From positions 46,309 to 66,308 of the forward strand of contig JAXLNO010000705.1 in the NCBI GenBank assembly GCA_038087875.1: 20,000 bases of DNA, in the 5' to 3' direction. The translations under genes were made by a program, and so were the position numbers. The number at the start of each line of letters is the position of its first letter. The stretch's first letter is position 1. The DNA comes from Malacoraja senta (Eukaryota). Below the pieces are notes generated by a model. That model searched no databases, was not told the origin of the DNA, and saw only the letters and a list, made by a program, of their open reading frames with translations. This document shows positions 1 to 10,286 of this stretch, piece after piece.

Positions 1-58
1 GGTCTTTGGCGCTGCATTCGCTGTAAGGCAGCAACTCTACTGCTGCGCCACCGTGACT
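1..58 (-). mobile_element. tRNA-derived SINE head fragment (V-SINE/HE1-like)
   Basis: Reverse complement reads cacggtggcgcagcagtagagttgctgcc (A-box head), matching the SINE heads at 4708 and 9368. Confidence 0.75.
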
Positions 59-74
59 GCCGTCTATTCAAAGG

Positions 75-197
75 TTGGAGACTTTTGGACAGGCACATGG
101 AAATGCAGGGAATAGAGGGATATGGATCCTGTGCAGGTGGATAAGAGTTGGCATCCTCTTGGGCTCAGACATTGTGCTGTACTGTTCTATGTTCTAT
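75..197 (+). mobile_element. Diverged CR1 LINE 3' end
   Basis: gagggatatgg...gcaggt...gtgctgtactgttctatgttctatg tail, similar to the CR1 3' end at 9150-9285. Confidence 0.6.
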
Positions 198-339
198 GAG
201 ATGAAGTTTCAGTGTTTTTTGAAGTTCTTGATCCTGGCAAGGTGCTCCCTGTTGACAGAGGGTTTGTGTGACTCACAGCAAATGACTTTCACTTGGAGAA
301 TGAGATACCACAGTCAATTGTAAACCATTTAAACAATGT

Positions 340-595
340 TGTTTAGTTTAGTTTAGAGATACAGCGCGGAAACAGGCCTTTTCCGCGCCGACCTGCGATC
401 CCTTGCATGCTAACACTATCCTACACACACAAAGGGACAATTTACAATTTTACCAAAGCCAAGTAACCTACAAACCTGTACGTCTTTGGAGTGTGGGGGG
501 AAACCGGGGCACCAGGAGAAAACCCACGCAGCTCAAGGGGGGGGGGGGGAGCGAACAAACTCCGCACAGACAGCACCCGAGGTCAGGATCGATCT
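340..595 (-). mobile_element. V-SINE/HE1-like SINE, 5'-truncated
   Basis: (GTTTA)n tail, V-domain complement (ggaaaccgg..caccaggagaaaacccacgcag) and B-box remnant ggatcga. Confidence 0.85.
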
Positions 596-639
596 CGGAT
601 CTCTCAGTACACGTGACAATAAACTAAAACTGAACTATT

Positions 640-1345
640 GCAGATAGTGAAGATGGTTGTCAAAAATGTCAGCAGATCTTGTTCGGTTGGGCAGGTGCGT
701 TGAGGAATGGTTGATGGAATTTAATACAGAGAAATGTCAGGTGTTGCATTTTGGGACATCTAACATGTGCAGGACCTACACAGTGAACGGTAGAGCTCTG
801 GGGAGTGTTGTAGAGCAGAGGGATCTAAGAGTACAGGTGCATGGTTCCTTGAAGGTCCAGTCACAGGTGGATAAGGTGGTCAAACAGGGTTTTGGCACAT
901 TGCCCTTCATCTGTCAGCACATTGAGTATAGAAGTTGGGAGGTCATGCTGCAGTTGTATAACATGTGGGTGAGGCTGCATTTCAAGTATTGTGTTCAGTT
1001 CTGGGCACCATGTTAAACTGGAGGAAGGATGTTGTCAAGCTGGAAAGGGTATAGAGAAGATTTTCGAGGATGTTGCCAGGAATCGAGGGGCGGAGCTATA
1101 GGGAGAGTTTGAGCAGGCTGGGACTCTATTGAAACTTGCCGAATAGTGAAAGGCCTGCATAGAGTGGATGTGGAGAGGATGTTTCCACTAGTGGGAGAAT
1201 CTAGGACTAAGGGTCAACGGAATAAAAGGACGTGCCTTTAGAAAGGAGATCTTTAGAGGAGAAATTTCTTTAGTCAGAGGTTGGTGAATCTGTGGAATCC
1301 TTTGCCACAGAAGGCTGTGGAGGTCAAATCAATGGATATTTTTAA
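640..1345 (+). mobile_element. CR1 LINE RT C-terminal fragment(s), decayed; resumes at ~2207
   Basis: ORF 657-1016 has WLMEFNTEKCQVLHFG, RDLRV, LQLY..VR.H..YCVQFWAP, typical of the CR1 ORF2 C-terminus. Breaks at ggatatttttaa and resumes as aaggcag..ataga at 2207. Confidence 0.9.
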
Positions 1346-2188
1346 TAGACAATAGACAATAGACAATAGGTGCAGGAGTACGCTGCAATCCCTCAATAGC
1401 AAGAATGTCTTTCCACAAATTTGGAGACCAAAACTGCACACAATACCCCAGGTGTGGTTTCACTAAGGCCTTGTACAACTGCAGAAGGACCTCTTTGTTC
1501 CTATACTCAACTCCTTTTGCTACGAAGGCCAACATGCCATTCGCTTTCTTCACTGCCTGCTGTACCTACATGCTTACTTTCATTGATTGATGAACAAGGA
1601 CCCCCAGATCCCGTTGTACTTCCCCTTTTCCCAATTTGACACAATTTAGATAATAATCTTCCTTCCTAATCTGTTTTTGCTACCAAAGTGGATAACCTCA
1701 CATTTATCCACATTAAACTGCATCAGCCATGCATCTGCCCACTCACCCAACCTGTCCAAGTCACCCTGCATTCTCATAGCATCCTCCTCACAGTCCACAC
1801 TGCCATCCAGCTTTGCGTCATCTGCAAATTTGCTAATGTAACTTTTAATCTCTTCATCTAAATCATTAATGTATATTGTAAATAGCTGCGGTCCCAGCAC
1901 CGAGCCTTGCGGTACCCCACTAGTCACTGCCTGCCATTCTGAAAGGGACCCTTTAATCCCTACTCTTTGTTTCCTGTCTGCCAACCAATTTTCTATCCAT
2001 GTTAGTACCCTACCCCAAATACCATGTACTCTAATTTTGCCCACTAATCTCCTATGTGGGACCTTATCAAATGCTTTCTGAAAGTCCAGGTACACTACAT
2101 CCACTGGCTCTCCCTCGTCCATTTTCCCAGTTACATCCTCAAAAAATTCCAGAAGATAAGTCAAGCATGATTTCCCCTTCGTAAATCC
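1346..2188 (-). mobile_element. CR1 LINE RT core with (TCTATTG)n tail and internal deletion, nested in another CR1
   Basis: ORF 1646-2164 has YLDFQKAFDKVPH, GVPQGSVLGP, KFADD; tagacaa repeats at 1346-1368. Confidence 0.95.
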
Positions 2189-2206
2189 AGAGGCAGAGGC
2201 AGAGAT

Positions 2207-2368
2207 TAAGGCAGCGATAGATAAATTCTTGATCAGTACGGGTGTCCACGGTTATGGGGAGAGAATGGGGTTCGGGGAGAGAGATAGATCAGCCATGGTT
2301 AAAGGACGGAGGAGACTCGATGGGCCGAATGGCCTAATTCTGCTCCTACAACTTGTGAACTTATGAAT
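2207..2368 (+). mobile_element. CR1 3' end (continuation of 640-1345)
   Basis: ggttatgggga...gatcagccat...gggccgaatggcctaattctgctcct plus a tgaactta-type tail. Confidence 0.85.
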
Positions 2369-2674
2369 TTATTATTCAGTGCCCTTCCTCATACCACAAA
2401 ACTAGAATTAAAATAACTTCGTAACTGGTTGGGTGCTCCACATACTGACTTAGAAAAACATTTCACATACCTTTCCTTGCAGAACAACCGTTGAAACATG
2501 GTGAAACAATGCTGAACCCCTGATAAAATTACATTGCGTGCTGTGGTTTTAAAGAATTATAATGGAACTACCTCTGCAGCTATGACGAGAGCCATAGATA
2601 TTATTTGCGACAGAGTGATATTAAATAATCTGGTGGTGGACAAAAATGCTGGAGAAACTCAGCGGGTGAGGCAG

Positions 2675-3247
2675 CATCTGGAGTATTGTGTACAGTTTTG
2701 GTCTCCTAATTTGAGGAAGGACATCCTTGTGATTGAGGCAGTGCAGCGTAGGTTCACGAGATTGATCCCTGGGATGGCGGGACTGTCATATGAGGAAAGA
2801 TTGAAGAGACTAGGCTTGTATTCACTGGAGTTTAGAAGGATGGGGGGGGAATTTTATAGAAACATATAAAATTATAAAAGGACTGGACAAGCTAGATGCA
2901 GGAAAAATGTTCCCAATGTTGGGCGAGTCCAGAACTAAGGGCCACAGTCTTAGAATAAATGGGAAGGCCATTTAAGACTGAGGTGAGAAAAAACCTTTTC
3001 ACCCAGAGAGTTGTGATTTTGTGGAATTCCCTGCTACAGAGGGCAGTGAAGGCCAAGTCACTGGATGGATTTAAGAGAGAGTTAGATAGAGCTCTAGGGG
3101 CTAGTGGAATCAAGGGATATGGGGAGAAGGCAGGCACGGGTTATTGATTTGGGACGATCAGACATGATCACAATGAATGGCGGTGCTGGCTCGAAGGGCC
3201 GAATAGCCTCCTCCTGCACCTATTATCTATGTTTCTATGTTTCTATG
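2675..3247 (+). mobile_element. Young CR1 3' fragment with (TTTCTATG)n tail
   Basis: HLEYCVQFWSPNLRKDILVIEAVQRRFTRLIPGM...GYGEKAGTGY followed by 3' UTR and tail; nearly identical to 4821-5368. Confidence 0.95.
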
Positions 3248-3259
3248 AGAGAAGGAATA

Positions 3260-3293
3260 GGCGACGTTTCTGGTCGAGACCCTTCTTCAGACT
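3260..3293 (-). ncRNA. Minimal hammerhead ribozyme motif (PLE-type), one stem II mismatch
   Basis: Minus strand reads agt-CTGAAGA-a-gggtc-tc-gacca-GAAAC-GTC-gcc. Confidence 0.65.
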
Positions 3294-3400
3294 GATGTCG
3301 GATGGGGGAGGGGGGGGCGGGAAAAAGAATGGAAGAGGCGGAGACCATAGGCTTGTGGGAGAGCTAGGAAAGGGGGGGAGAAGGAGGGAGGAAGCAAGGG

Positions 3401-3631
3401 CTATCTGAAGTTAGAGAAGTCAATGTTCACACCGCTGGGGTGTAAACTACCCAAGCGAAATATGAGGTGCTGCTCCTCCAATTTGCACTGGGTCTCACTC
3501 TGGCAATGGAGGAGGCCCAGGACAGAAAGGTCAGATTGGGAATGGGAGGGGGAGTTGAAGTGCTGGGCCACCGGGAGATCAGGGTTAGTGCGAACTGAGT
3601 GGAGATGTTGGGCGAAGCGATCGCCAAGCCT
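3401..3631 (-). pseudogene. PLE GIY-YIG endonuclease C-terminal 76 aa (5'-truncated)
   Basis: Hand translation gives an uninterrupted frame: RLGDRFAQHLHSVRTNPDLPVAQHFNSPSHSQSDLSVLGLLHCQSETQCKLEEQHLIFRLGSLHPSGVNIDFSNFR*. The R...RF..H, VA.HF, LEE..I and P.G.N motifs are typical of PLE endonucleases. Confidence 0.88.
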
Positions 3632-3744
3632 TAAATAAACTCTATGTGCCTCTCATAATTGATAGTCCTTTCAGATTGCAGACTTTCCTCTTGAAATAAC
3701 AGTGACTCTGCTTTTAACATTTTGACATTTTACAATTTAAACAT

Positions 3745-4212
3745 TTAACCTATGATGAGTGTTTGACATCACTGGGCCTGTACTCGCTGGAGTTTAGAAG
3801 AATGAGGGGGGACCTCATTGAAACGTACAGAATAGTGCAAGTGCTTGGATAGAGTGGATGTGGAGAGGATGTTTCCACTAGTGGGAGAGTCTAGGACTAG
3901 AGGACACAGCCTCAGAATTAAAGGGCGGACGTTCTTTTCGGAAGGAGATGAGGAGAAATTTCTTAAGCCAGAGGGTGGTGAATCTGTGGAATTCTTTGTC
4001 ACAGACGGCTGTGGAGGCCAAGTCAGTGGATGCTTTTAAGGCAGAGACAGATAGATTTGTTATTAGTGCAGGTGTCAGAGGTGAAAGGGAGAAGGCAGGA
4101 GAATGGGGTTGAGAGGGAAAGATAGATCAGCCATGAATGAATGGCGGAGTAGACTAGCTGTGTCGAATGGCCTAATTCTGCTCAAATCAATTATGATTTT
4201 ATAATCTTATGA
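3745..4212 (+). mobile_element. CR1 3' fragment (second subfamily)
   Basis: LGLYSLEFRRMRGDLIE...DRVDVERMFPLVGESRTRGHSL followed by a ttatga-type tail. Confidence 0.9.
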
Positions 4213-4309
4213 AAAGCAACGCAATGATTGCAAAGTGCCTTGGGATGATCGGAGGTCCAGAGAAGAGCCTTAGAAATGCAAGTTGGTTGTTTGGTAAACA
4301 AGTCTCAGC

Positions 4310-4436
4310 ATTGTATCCCGTATCTGAACACTGTAAACGGCTCGATTGTAATCATGCATTGTCTTTCCGCTGACTGGATAGCACGCAACAAAAGCTCGGG
4401 ACACGTGACAATAAACTGAACCGAACTATACTGAAC
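4310..4436 (+). mobile_element. Rex1/Babar-type LINE 3' UTR end
   Basis: ggctcgattgtaatcatg..gtctttccgctgactggatagcacgcaacaaaagct..cacgtgacaataaactgaac; the same UTR follows Rex-like coding sequence at 7265-7643. Confidence 0.65.
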
Positions 4437-4707
4437 CGCGTTCTCGGTGAGTCGAAGGGCCTGTTTCCACACCGCATCTCTAAACTAAACGGAACTCAGA
4501 TGGCTACACGGATAAGAACGCTGTACACAATAATCCAGGCGTCGTCTCACAAAGGCCACGGCAGCAACAATAGAAATGAACACACACATAATCTTTTAAT
4601 TGCAAGATATCTCAAGCATTTTCAAACAAAATTAATTGGCGATGAGCCACAAAGGAAATGATGTTCGATAATCTGTAGGGAGAATAGAGGGGATGAACTT
4701 GTGGAGT

Positions 4708-5546
4708 GTGGCGCAGCGGTAGAGTTGCTGCCTCGCAGCGCCAGAGACCCGGGTTCCATCCTGACCACGGGTGCTCCCTGTACGGAGTTTGCACATTCTC
4801 CCCGTGACCTGCGTGGGTTCTCTCCTAATTTGAGGAAGGACATCCTTGTGATTGAGGCAGTGCAGCGTAGGTTCACGAGATTGATCCCTGGGATGGCGGG
4901 ACTGTCATATGAGGAAAGATTGAAAAGACTAGGCTTGTATTCACTGGAGTTTAGAAGGATGAGGGGATATCTAATAGAAACATATAAAATTATAAAAGGA
5001 CTGGACAAGCTAGATGCAGGAAAAATGTTCCCAATGTTGGGCGAGTTCAGAACCAGGGGCCACAGTCTTAGAATAAAGGGAAGGTCATTTAAGAATGAGG
5101 TGAGAAAAAACTTTTTCACCCAGAGAGTTGTGAATTTGTGGAATTCCCTGCCACAGAGGGCAGTGGAGGCCAAGTCACTGGATGGATTTAAGAGAGAGTT
5201 AGATAGAGCTCTAGGGGCCAGTGGAGTCAAGGGATATGGGGAGAAGGCAGGCACGGGTTATTGATAGGGGATGATCAGCCATGATCACAATGAATGGCGG
5301 CGCTGGCTCGAAGGGCCGAATGGCCTCCTCCTGCACCTATTTTCTACGTTTCTATGTTTCTATGTTTCTCCGGGTGCTCTAGTTTCCTCCCACACTTCAA
5401 AGACGTTCAGGTTTGTCGGTTAATCGGCTTCGGTAAAATTGTAAATGATCCCAAGTGTGTGTAGGATGTGTTAGTGTGCGGGGTTGATCGCTGGTCTGCG
5501 TGGACTGGGTGCGGTGAAGGACCTGTTTCCGTGCTGTAGCTCTAAA
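4708..5546 (+). mobile_element. Near full-length V-SINE/HE1-like SINE split by a CR1 insertion (4821-5368)
   Basis: A box gtggcgcagcggtag (4708), B box ggttccatcc (4752), V domain resuming at 5372, 3' end gaagg.cctgtttccgtgctgt..ctctaaac. Confidence 0.9.
4821..5368 (+). mobile_element. Young CR1 3' fragment with (TTTCTATG)n tail
   Basis: Open frame SPNLRKDIL...GYGEKAGTGY*; tctcc duplicated at 4821-4825 and 5367-5371. Confidence 0.95.
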
Positions 5547-5597
5547 CAGAAGCAAAAAAAGACATATGGGTCCAGACGACTGAAGATGTGGCCAATA

Positions 5598-5805
5598 ATG
5601 GTGGCGCGGCTGAAAGAGCCACTGCCTCACGGCGCTGGAGACCCGGGTTCGATCCTGACCTCAGGCGCCGTCTGTGTGTCGAGTCTGCGCACTCTCCCTG
5701 TGACTGCGTGGGTTTACTCTGGGTGCTCTGGTTTCCTCCCACATCCCGAAGACATACAGGTTTGTAGGTTAATTGGGCCTCTGTAAATTTCCCCCGTGGG
5801 TGCGG
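5598..5805 (+). mobile_element. V-SINE/HE1-like SINE, 3'-truncated
   Basis: A-box-like ggtggcgcggctg, B box ggttcgatcc, V domain. Confidence 0.85.
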
Positions 5806-6032
5806 GGGCTTTCATCGCCCGGCGCGGCTTAAAATCAAACTGCTGCATCGAGGCGATCGAGGCCCCCGACGGCCGACTTTAAGCCTTGCCAGACGAAGAA
5901 AGGCCCCGCGAACGGGACGATTGAAGCCCCACGATTCGGGGCGGACGAAGCTGCTGTTGCTGGAGTTCGGAGTCGGTCAACAACCAGGTCAGCTCCCGAT
6001 GTTACCGTCCACAGGGCCCACGGCCGAAGCCT

Positions 6033-6035
6033 CGC

Positions 6036-6077
<42 letters not shown>

Positions 6078-6088
6078 ATGCGCGCGCG
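6033..6088. repeat. (GT)n microsatellite flanked by CG/CA alternation
   Basis: cgcgc(gt)n gcgcatgcgcgcgcg, an alternating purine-pyrimidine run of about 55 bp. Confidence 0.95.
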
Positions 6089-6159
6089 GCCACCAAGAAA
6101 TTGTGTCCCCACCCCATGTTTTGACAACGATTTCCACCCCTGTTAGTACGGGTGTCAAG

Positions 6160-6219
6160 GGTGTGGGAAGGACCTGCAGATGCTGGATTATACCAAATAC
6201 AGATGTAAAATGCTGGAGT
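6160..6219 (-). mobile_element. PLE pLTR 3' terminal fragment
   Basis: gaaggacctgcagatgctgg...aaaatgctggagt resembles 7648-7702. Confidence 0.6.
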
Positions 6220-6400
6220 CTAAGGAAATTCAGCATGCCTCCAACTACTCTTACCAACCTGTACAGATGCACGGTGGATAGCGAAGGAAGGCTGGACCGC
6301 AGCTTGGTTTGGGAACGGCTCTGCCCAATATTACAAGAAATTGCAGAGAGTTATGGATGGAGTCCAGTTCATCAGCCAGAGCAGACTCCCCACCATTGCC
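6220..6400 (+). mobile_element. Rex1/Babar ORF C-terminal fragment
   Basis: LRKFSMPPTTLTNLYRCTV and, in another frame, AWFGNGSAQYYKKLQRV, typical of the Rex1 C-terminus. Confidence 0.7.
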
Positions 6401-6459
6401 TCCGTACACTCTCCACCCCGTGTCCTGTGTTGCCTCCGTACACTCTCCACCCCGTGTCC
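6396..6459. repeat. Tandem duplication, 30-bp identical unit with period 34
   Basis: ttgcctccgtacactctccaccccgtgtcc at 6396-6425 and 6430-6459. Confidence 0.9.
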
Positions 6460-6489
6460 CTGCACCGTACCTTTCCATGTTCCAGGAAT

Positions 6490-7250
6490 AAAGGCATAGA
6501 CTATTTTCTAAATGGGGGAAAAATCCAGAAATCGGAGGTGCAGAGGGACTTGGGAGTGCTGGTGCAGGATTCCCCAAAAAAATAATCTGTAGTCGAATCG
6601 GTAGTAAAGAAAGCAAACTCAATGCGAGCATTTATTTCAAGAGGGCTTGTATACAAAAACAGGGATGTAATGCTGAGGCTCTATAAGGCGCTGGTCAGGT
6701 CACATTTGGAGTATTGTGAGCAATTCTGGGCACCGTATCTGAGGAAGGATGTGCTGGCTCTGGAGAGGGTCCAGAGGAGGTTTACAAGAATGATCCCAGG
6801 AATGAGTGGGTTAACATATGATGAGCGTGTGTCGGCGCTGGGCCCGTACTCGCTGGAGTTTAGAAGGATGAGGGGACACCTCATTGAAACTCACTGAACA
6901 GTGAAAGGCTTGGATAGAGTGGATGTGGAGAGGACGTTTCCACTAATGGGAGACCATAGGAACAGAGATCATAGACTCAAATTTAAAGGACGTTCTTTGA
7001 TGAATTTCTTTAGTCAGAGGGTGGAGAATCTGTGGAATTCTTTGCCACAGACGGCGGTGGAAGCCAAGAAAATTGATATTTGTAAGGCAGAGATTGATAG
7101 ATTCTTGATTAGTACGGGTGGCAGGGGTTATGGGGAGAAGGCTGGAGAATTGGGTGAGGAGGGAGATATAGATTAGCCAAGATTGAATGGCGGAGTAGAC
7201 TTGATGGGCCAAATGGCCTAATTCTGCTCGTATCACTGTATGATCTTATG
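6490..7250 (+). mobile_element. CR1 3' fragment
   Basis: YFLNG..QRDLGVLV; LRLYKALVRSHLEYCEQFWAPYLRKD; 3' UTR and tatgatcttatg tail. Confidence 0.92.
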
Positions 7251-7264
7251 TTCCATTCCCATTC

Positions 7265-7643
7265 TGCAAGAAATTGCAGAGTTGTGAACGCAGCCCAGAC
7301 CTTTCACAAACCAATATCTCTTCCATTGAGTCTATCTGCATTTCACGCTGCCTCGGCAAGGCCAGCAGAATAATCAAAGACGAGTCGTGCCCCGGCCACT
7401 CCCTCTTCTCCCCATTCCCACCAGAAAACGCTCACCTCCAGATTCAAGGACAGTTTCTTTCCAGCTGTTGTCAGGCAACTGAACCATCCTATCACCTACA
7501 AGAGTGCGGTCCTGAGCTACCATCTACCTCAATGGAGACTCTCAGACTATCTTTAATTGGACTACTGGACTTTACCTTGCACTAAACGTTATTCCCTTTA
7601 ACCTGGATCTGTACACTGTGGACGGCTCGATTGTAATCATGTA
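7265..7643 (+). mobile_element. Rex1/Babar 3' end (C-terminal coding sequence plus UTR)
   Basis: KLQRVVNAAQ; SRCLGKASRIIKDESCPGHSLFSP; SRFKDSFFPAVVRQLN, then the shared UTR. Confidence 0.8.
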
Positions 7644-7778
7644 TGTGTAGGAAAAAACTGCAGATGCTGGTTTACACCGAAGATAGACACAAAGTGCTGG
7701 AGTAACTCAGCGGGACAGGCAGCATCTCTGGAGAGAAGGAATGGGTGACCCTTCCCAGTTGAAACTTTTCTTCAGACT
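7644..7778 (-). mobile_element. Short PLE pLTR copy with degraded hammerhead
   Basis: Homologous to 17298-17429; begins agtctgaaga on the minus strand. Confidence 0.75.
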
Positions 7779-7794
7779 AATTATATAGTCTTTG

Positions 7795-7925
7795 AGTCTG
7801 AAGAAGGGTTTCGGCCCAAAACATTGCCTATTTCCTTCGCTCCATAGATGCTGCCTCACCCGTTGAGTTTCTCCAGCATTTTTGTCTACCTTCAATTTTC
7901 CAGCATCTGCAGTTCCTTCTTAAAC
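7795..7925 (+). mobile_element. Short PLE pLTR copy starting at the hammerhead motif
   Basis: agtCTGAAGAagggtttcggcccAAAACattgcc (GAAA changed to AAAA, consistent with CpG decay); flanked by atatagtcttt (7783-7793) and atataatcttt (7926-7936). Confidence 0.8.
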
Positions 7926-7944
7926 ATATAATCTTTCTGCTGCC

Positions 7945-8195
7945 AACCAGCGATCCCCGCACACTAACACTATCCTACACACACGAGGGACAATTTACAT
8001 TCATACCAAGCCAATTAACCTACAAACCTGTATGTCTTTGGAGTGTGGGAGGAAACCGAAGATCTCGGAGAAAACCCACGCAGGTCACGGGGGAGAACGT
8101 ACAAACTCCGTACAGACAGCACCCGTAGTTAGGATTGAACCCGGGTCTCTGGCGCTGTGAGGCAGCAACTCTACCGCTGCGCCACCATGCCACCC
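7945..8195 (-). mobile_element. V-SINE/HE1-like SINE
   Basis: Complement of A box (ctaccgctgcgccacc), B box (ggattgaacc) and V domain. Confidence 0.9.
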
Positions 8196-8214
8196 CTCTT
8201 GGTCAGTCATTCTT

Positions 8215-9285
8215 GACCAGATGTTGATCGGTTGGTCAGGTGGGCTGAGTAATGGTTGATAATAAATTAATACAAAGAAATATGAGGTGTTGCGTTTTGG
8301 GACGTCTAACAAGGGCAGGACCTACACTGTGAATGGTAGGCCTCTGGGAAGTGTTGTAGAGCAGAGGGATCTCGGATTGCAGATAGATAATTCCTTGAAG
8401 GTGGCATCACAGATAGATGTGGTGGTTAAAATGGCCTTCATCAGTCAGAGCATTGAGTAAAGCAGTCGGGAGGTCATGTTGCAGTTGTAACATGATCTAT
8501 GATCATGGCTGATCATCCCCAATCAGTACCCCTTTCCTGCCTTCTCCCCATATCCCCTGACTCCACTATTTTTAAGAGCCCTATCTAGCTCTCTCTTGAA
8601 AGCATCCAGAGAACCTGCCTCCACCGCCCTCTGAGGCAGAGAATTCCACAGACTCACCACTCTCTGTGAGAAAAAGTGTTTCCTCGTCTCCGTTCTAAAT
8701 GGCTTACCCCTTATTCTTAAACTGAGGCCCCTGGTTCTGGACTCCCCCAACATCGGGAACATGTTTCCTGCCTCTAGTGTGTCCAAGCCGCACTAGAGTT
8801 GGAAAGATATTGGAAAGGGTGCAGAGAAGATTTACAAGGATTTTGCCAGAACTCCCTCGAGAACTATGGGGAGAAGTTGGGCAGGTTGGGACTTTATTCC
8901 CTGGAGCGCAGGAGGATGAGGGCTCAACTTAGAGACGGTTTGTGAAATTATGAGAGGAATTGATCGTGTCGATGCCCAGAGTCCCTTGCCCAGAGTGGGA
9001 AAATCGAGAACCAGAGGGTTAAAGGTGAGGCGGTAAAGATCTGGAACCTGAGGGGTAACTCTTTCATACGAAGGTTGGTGGGTTTATGGAACGAGCTGTT
9101 AGTTGAGGCAGGGATTATCACAATGTTTTAGAATCAATTAGACAGGTACATGGATAGGACAGGTTGAGGGGGATATGGGCCAAACGCAGGCAGGTGGGAT
9201 AGTGTAGCTGGGACATGTTGGCCAGTGTGGGCAAGTTGGGCTGTTGGGCCTGTTTCCATGCTGTATCATTCTATGATTCTATGAC
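8215..9285 (+). mobile_element. Older CR1 fragment with an inverted younger CR1 (about 8495-8790) nested inside
   Basis: NTKKYEVLRFG..YTVNGRPLGSVVEQRDL.. on the left, QRRFTRILP to a (TCTATGAT)-type tail on the right; the minus-strand ORF 8523-8786 is a CR1 C-terminus. Confidence 0.85.
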
Positions 9286-9367
9286 TGTGCCTCAGTGCAC
9301 ATGAGAATATTACATTAATCTAAACCTTCCCATAGCCTGGCTTTGGAGGCAGAGTTACTGCTAACTT

Positions 9368-9888
9368 GGGCGGCATGGTGGCGCAGAGGTAGAGCTGCTG
9401 CCTTATAGCGCCAGAGACCAGAGTTCGATCCTGACTACGGGTGCTGTCTGTACAGAGTTTGTATTTCTCCCCATGACCTGCGTGGGTTTTCTCTGAGATC
9501 TTCGGTTTCCTCCCACACTCCAAAGACGTACAGGTTCAGTGCAGTTCAGTTCAGTTTATTGTCACGTGTACTGAGGTACAGTGAAAAGCTTTTGTTGCGT
9601 GCTATCCAGTCAGCAGAAAGACAATACATGATTACAATCGAGCCATTAACAGTGTACAGATACATGATAAGGGAATAATGTTTAGTGCAAGGTAAAGCCA
9701 GCAAAGTCCGATCAAGGATAGTCCGAGGGTCACCGATGGGTTTGCAGGTTAATTGGTATAAATGTATAAAAGTACCGCTAGTGTGTGTGGGATAGTGTCC
9801 GTGTGCGGGGATCGCTGGTCGGCACGGCCTCGGTGGGCCGAAGGGCCTGTTTCCGTGCTGTATCTCTAGACGAATCTAAACTAAACTA
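9368..9888 (+). mobile_element. Full-length V-SINE/HE1-like SINE interrupted by an inverted Rex1 3' UTR (9535-9737)
   Basis: A box, B box gagttcgatcc, V domain and (CTAAA)n tail; the insert carries cagttcagtttattgtcacgtg. Confidence 0.9.
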
Positions 9889-10286
9889 AGGTTCAGGTCT
9901 GAGCATTGTTGCATTCCCTCGCTGTGAGTCACGGAGAGAGCTGGAGGCTTGGATGGCACTGTCAGTTACAATTCCCAGCAACTCTGGGCTCAGACCAACA
10001 GCTTCAGGCCATTGGAACGGCTGCCAAGCCTCACAAACCTTCCTCATCTTGTGGGAAACTGAAAAAATAAAAAATAAATCATTTTTTAGTTTTGTTTATC
10101 ACAAAATAAACCGCGTTCTCGTTCCCACAGTGGACAGGCATTCCTGTCTACGTCCCCCCCACCAAGAGTTTGAATGCGAGGCAGGTGATGAAGAATAGCG
10201 TGAGCATCTTTCCGTGTGGCACTGCTGGATGGAACTTTTCTCATTTACCTTCATTTTTCAATGGACATCACTCTGTTTGGCATGGA

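Larger units (their letters stand above)
2635..3631 (-). mobile_element. Penelope-like element (PLE) 3' portion, interrupted by a CR1 at 2675-3247
   Basis: GIY-YIG C-terminus (3401-3631), pyrimidine-rich UTR, hammerhead motif (3260-3293), and pLTR sequence continuing at 2635-2679 on the far side of the CR1. Confidence 0.85.

Noticed and set aside
4708..4775. tRNA genes suggested by A and B boxes (also 5598, 8130-8190, 9368, 19640-19705)
   Set aside because: Each continues into the SINE V domain and has no clean cloverleaf
4622..5264. Overlapping 187-aa and 210-aa ORFs
   Set aside because: A SINE-CR1 fusion and its antisense shadow; the same peptides recur in every CR1 copy
5835..6585. ORFs with HTHT/CVCV repeats
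   Set aside because: Translations of the (GT)n microsatellite and adjacent repeat fragments
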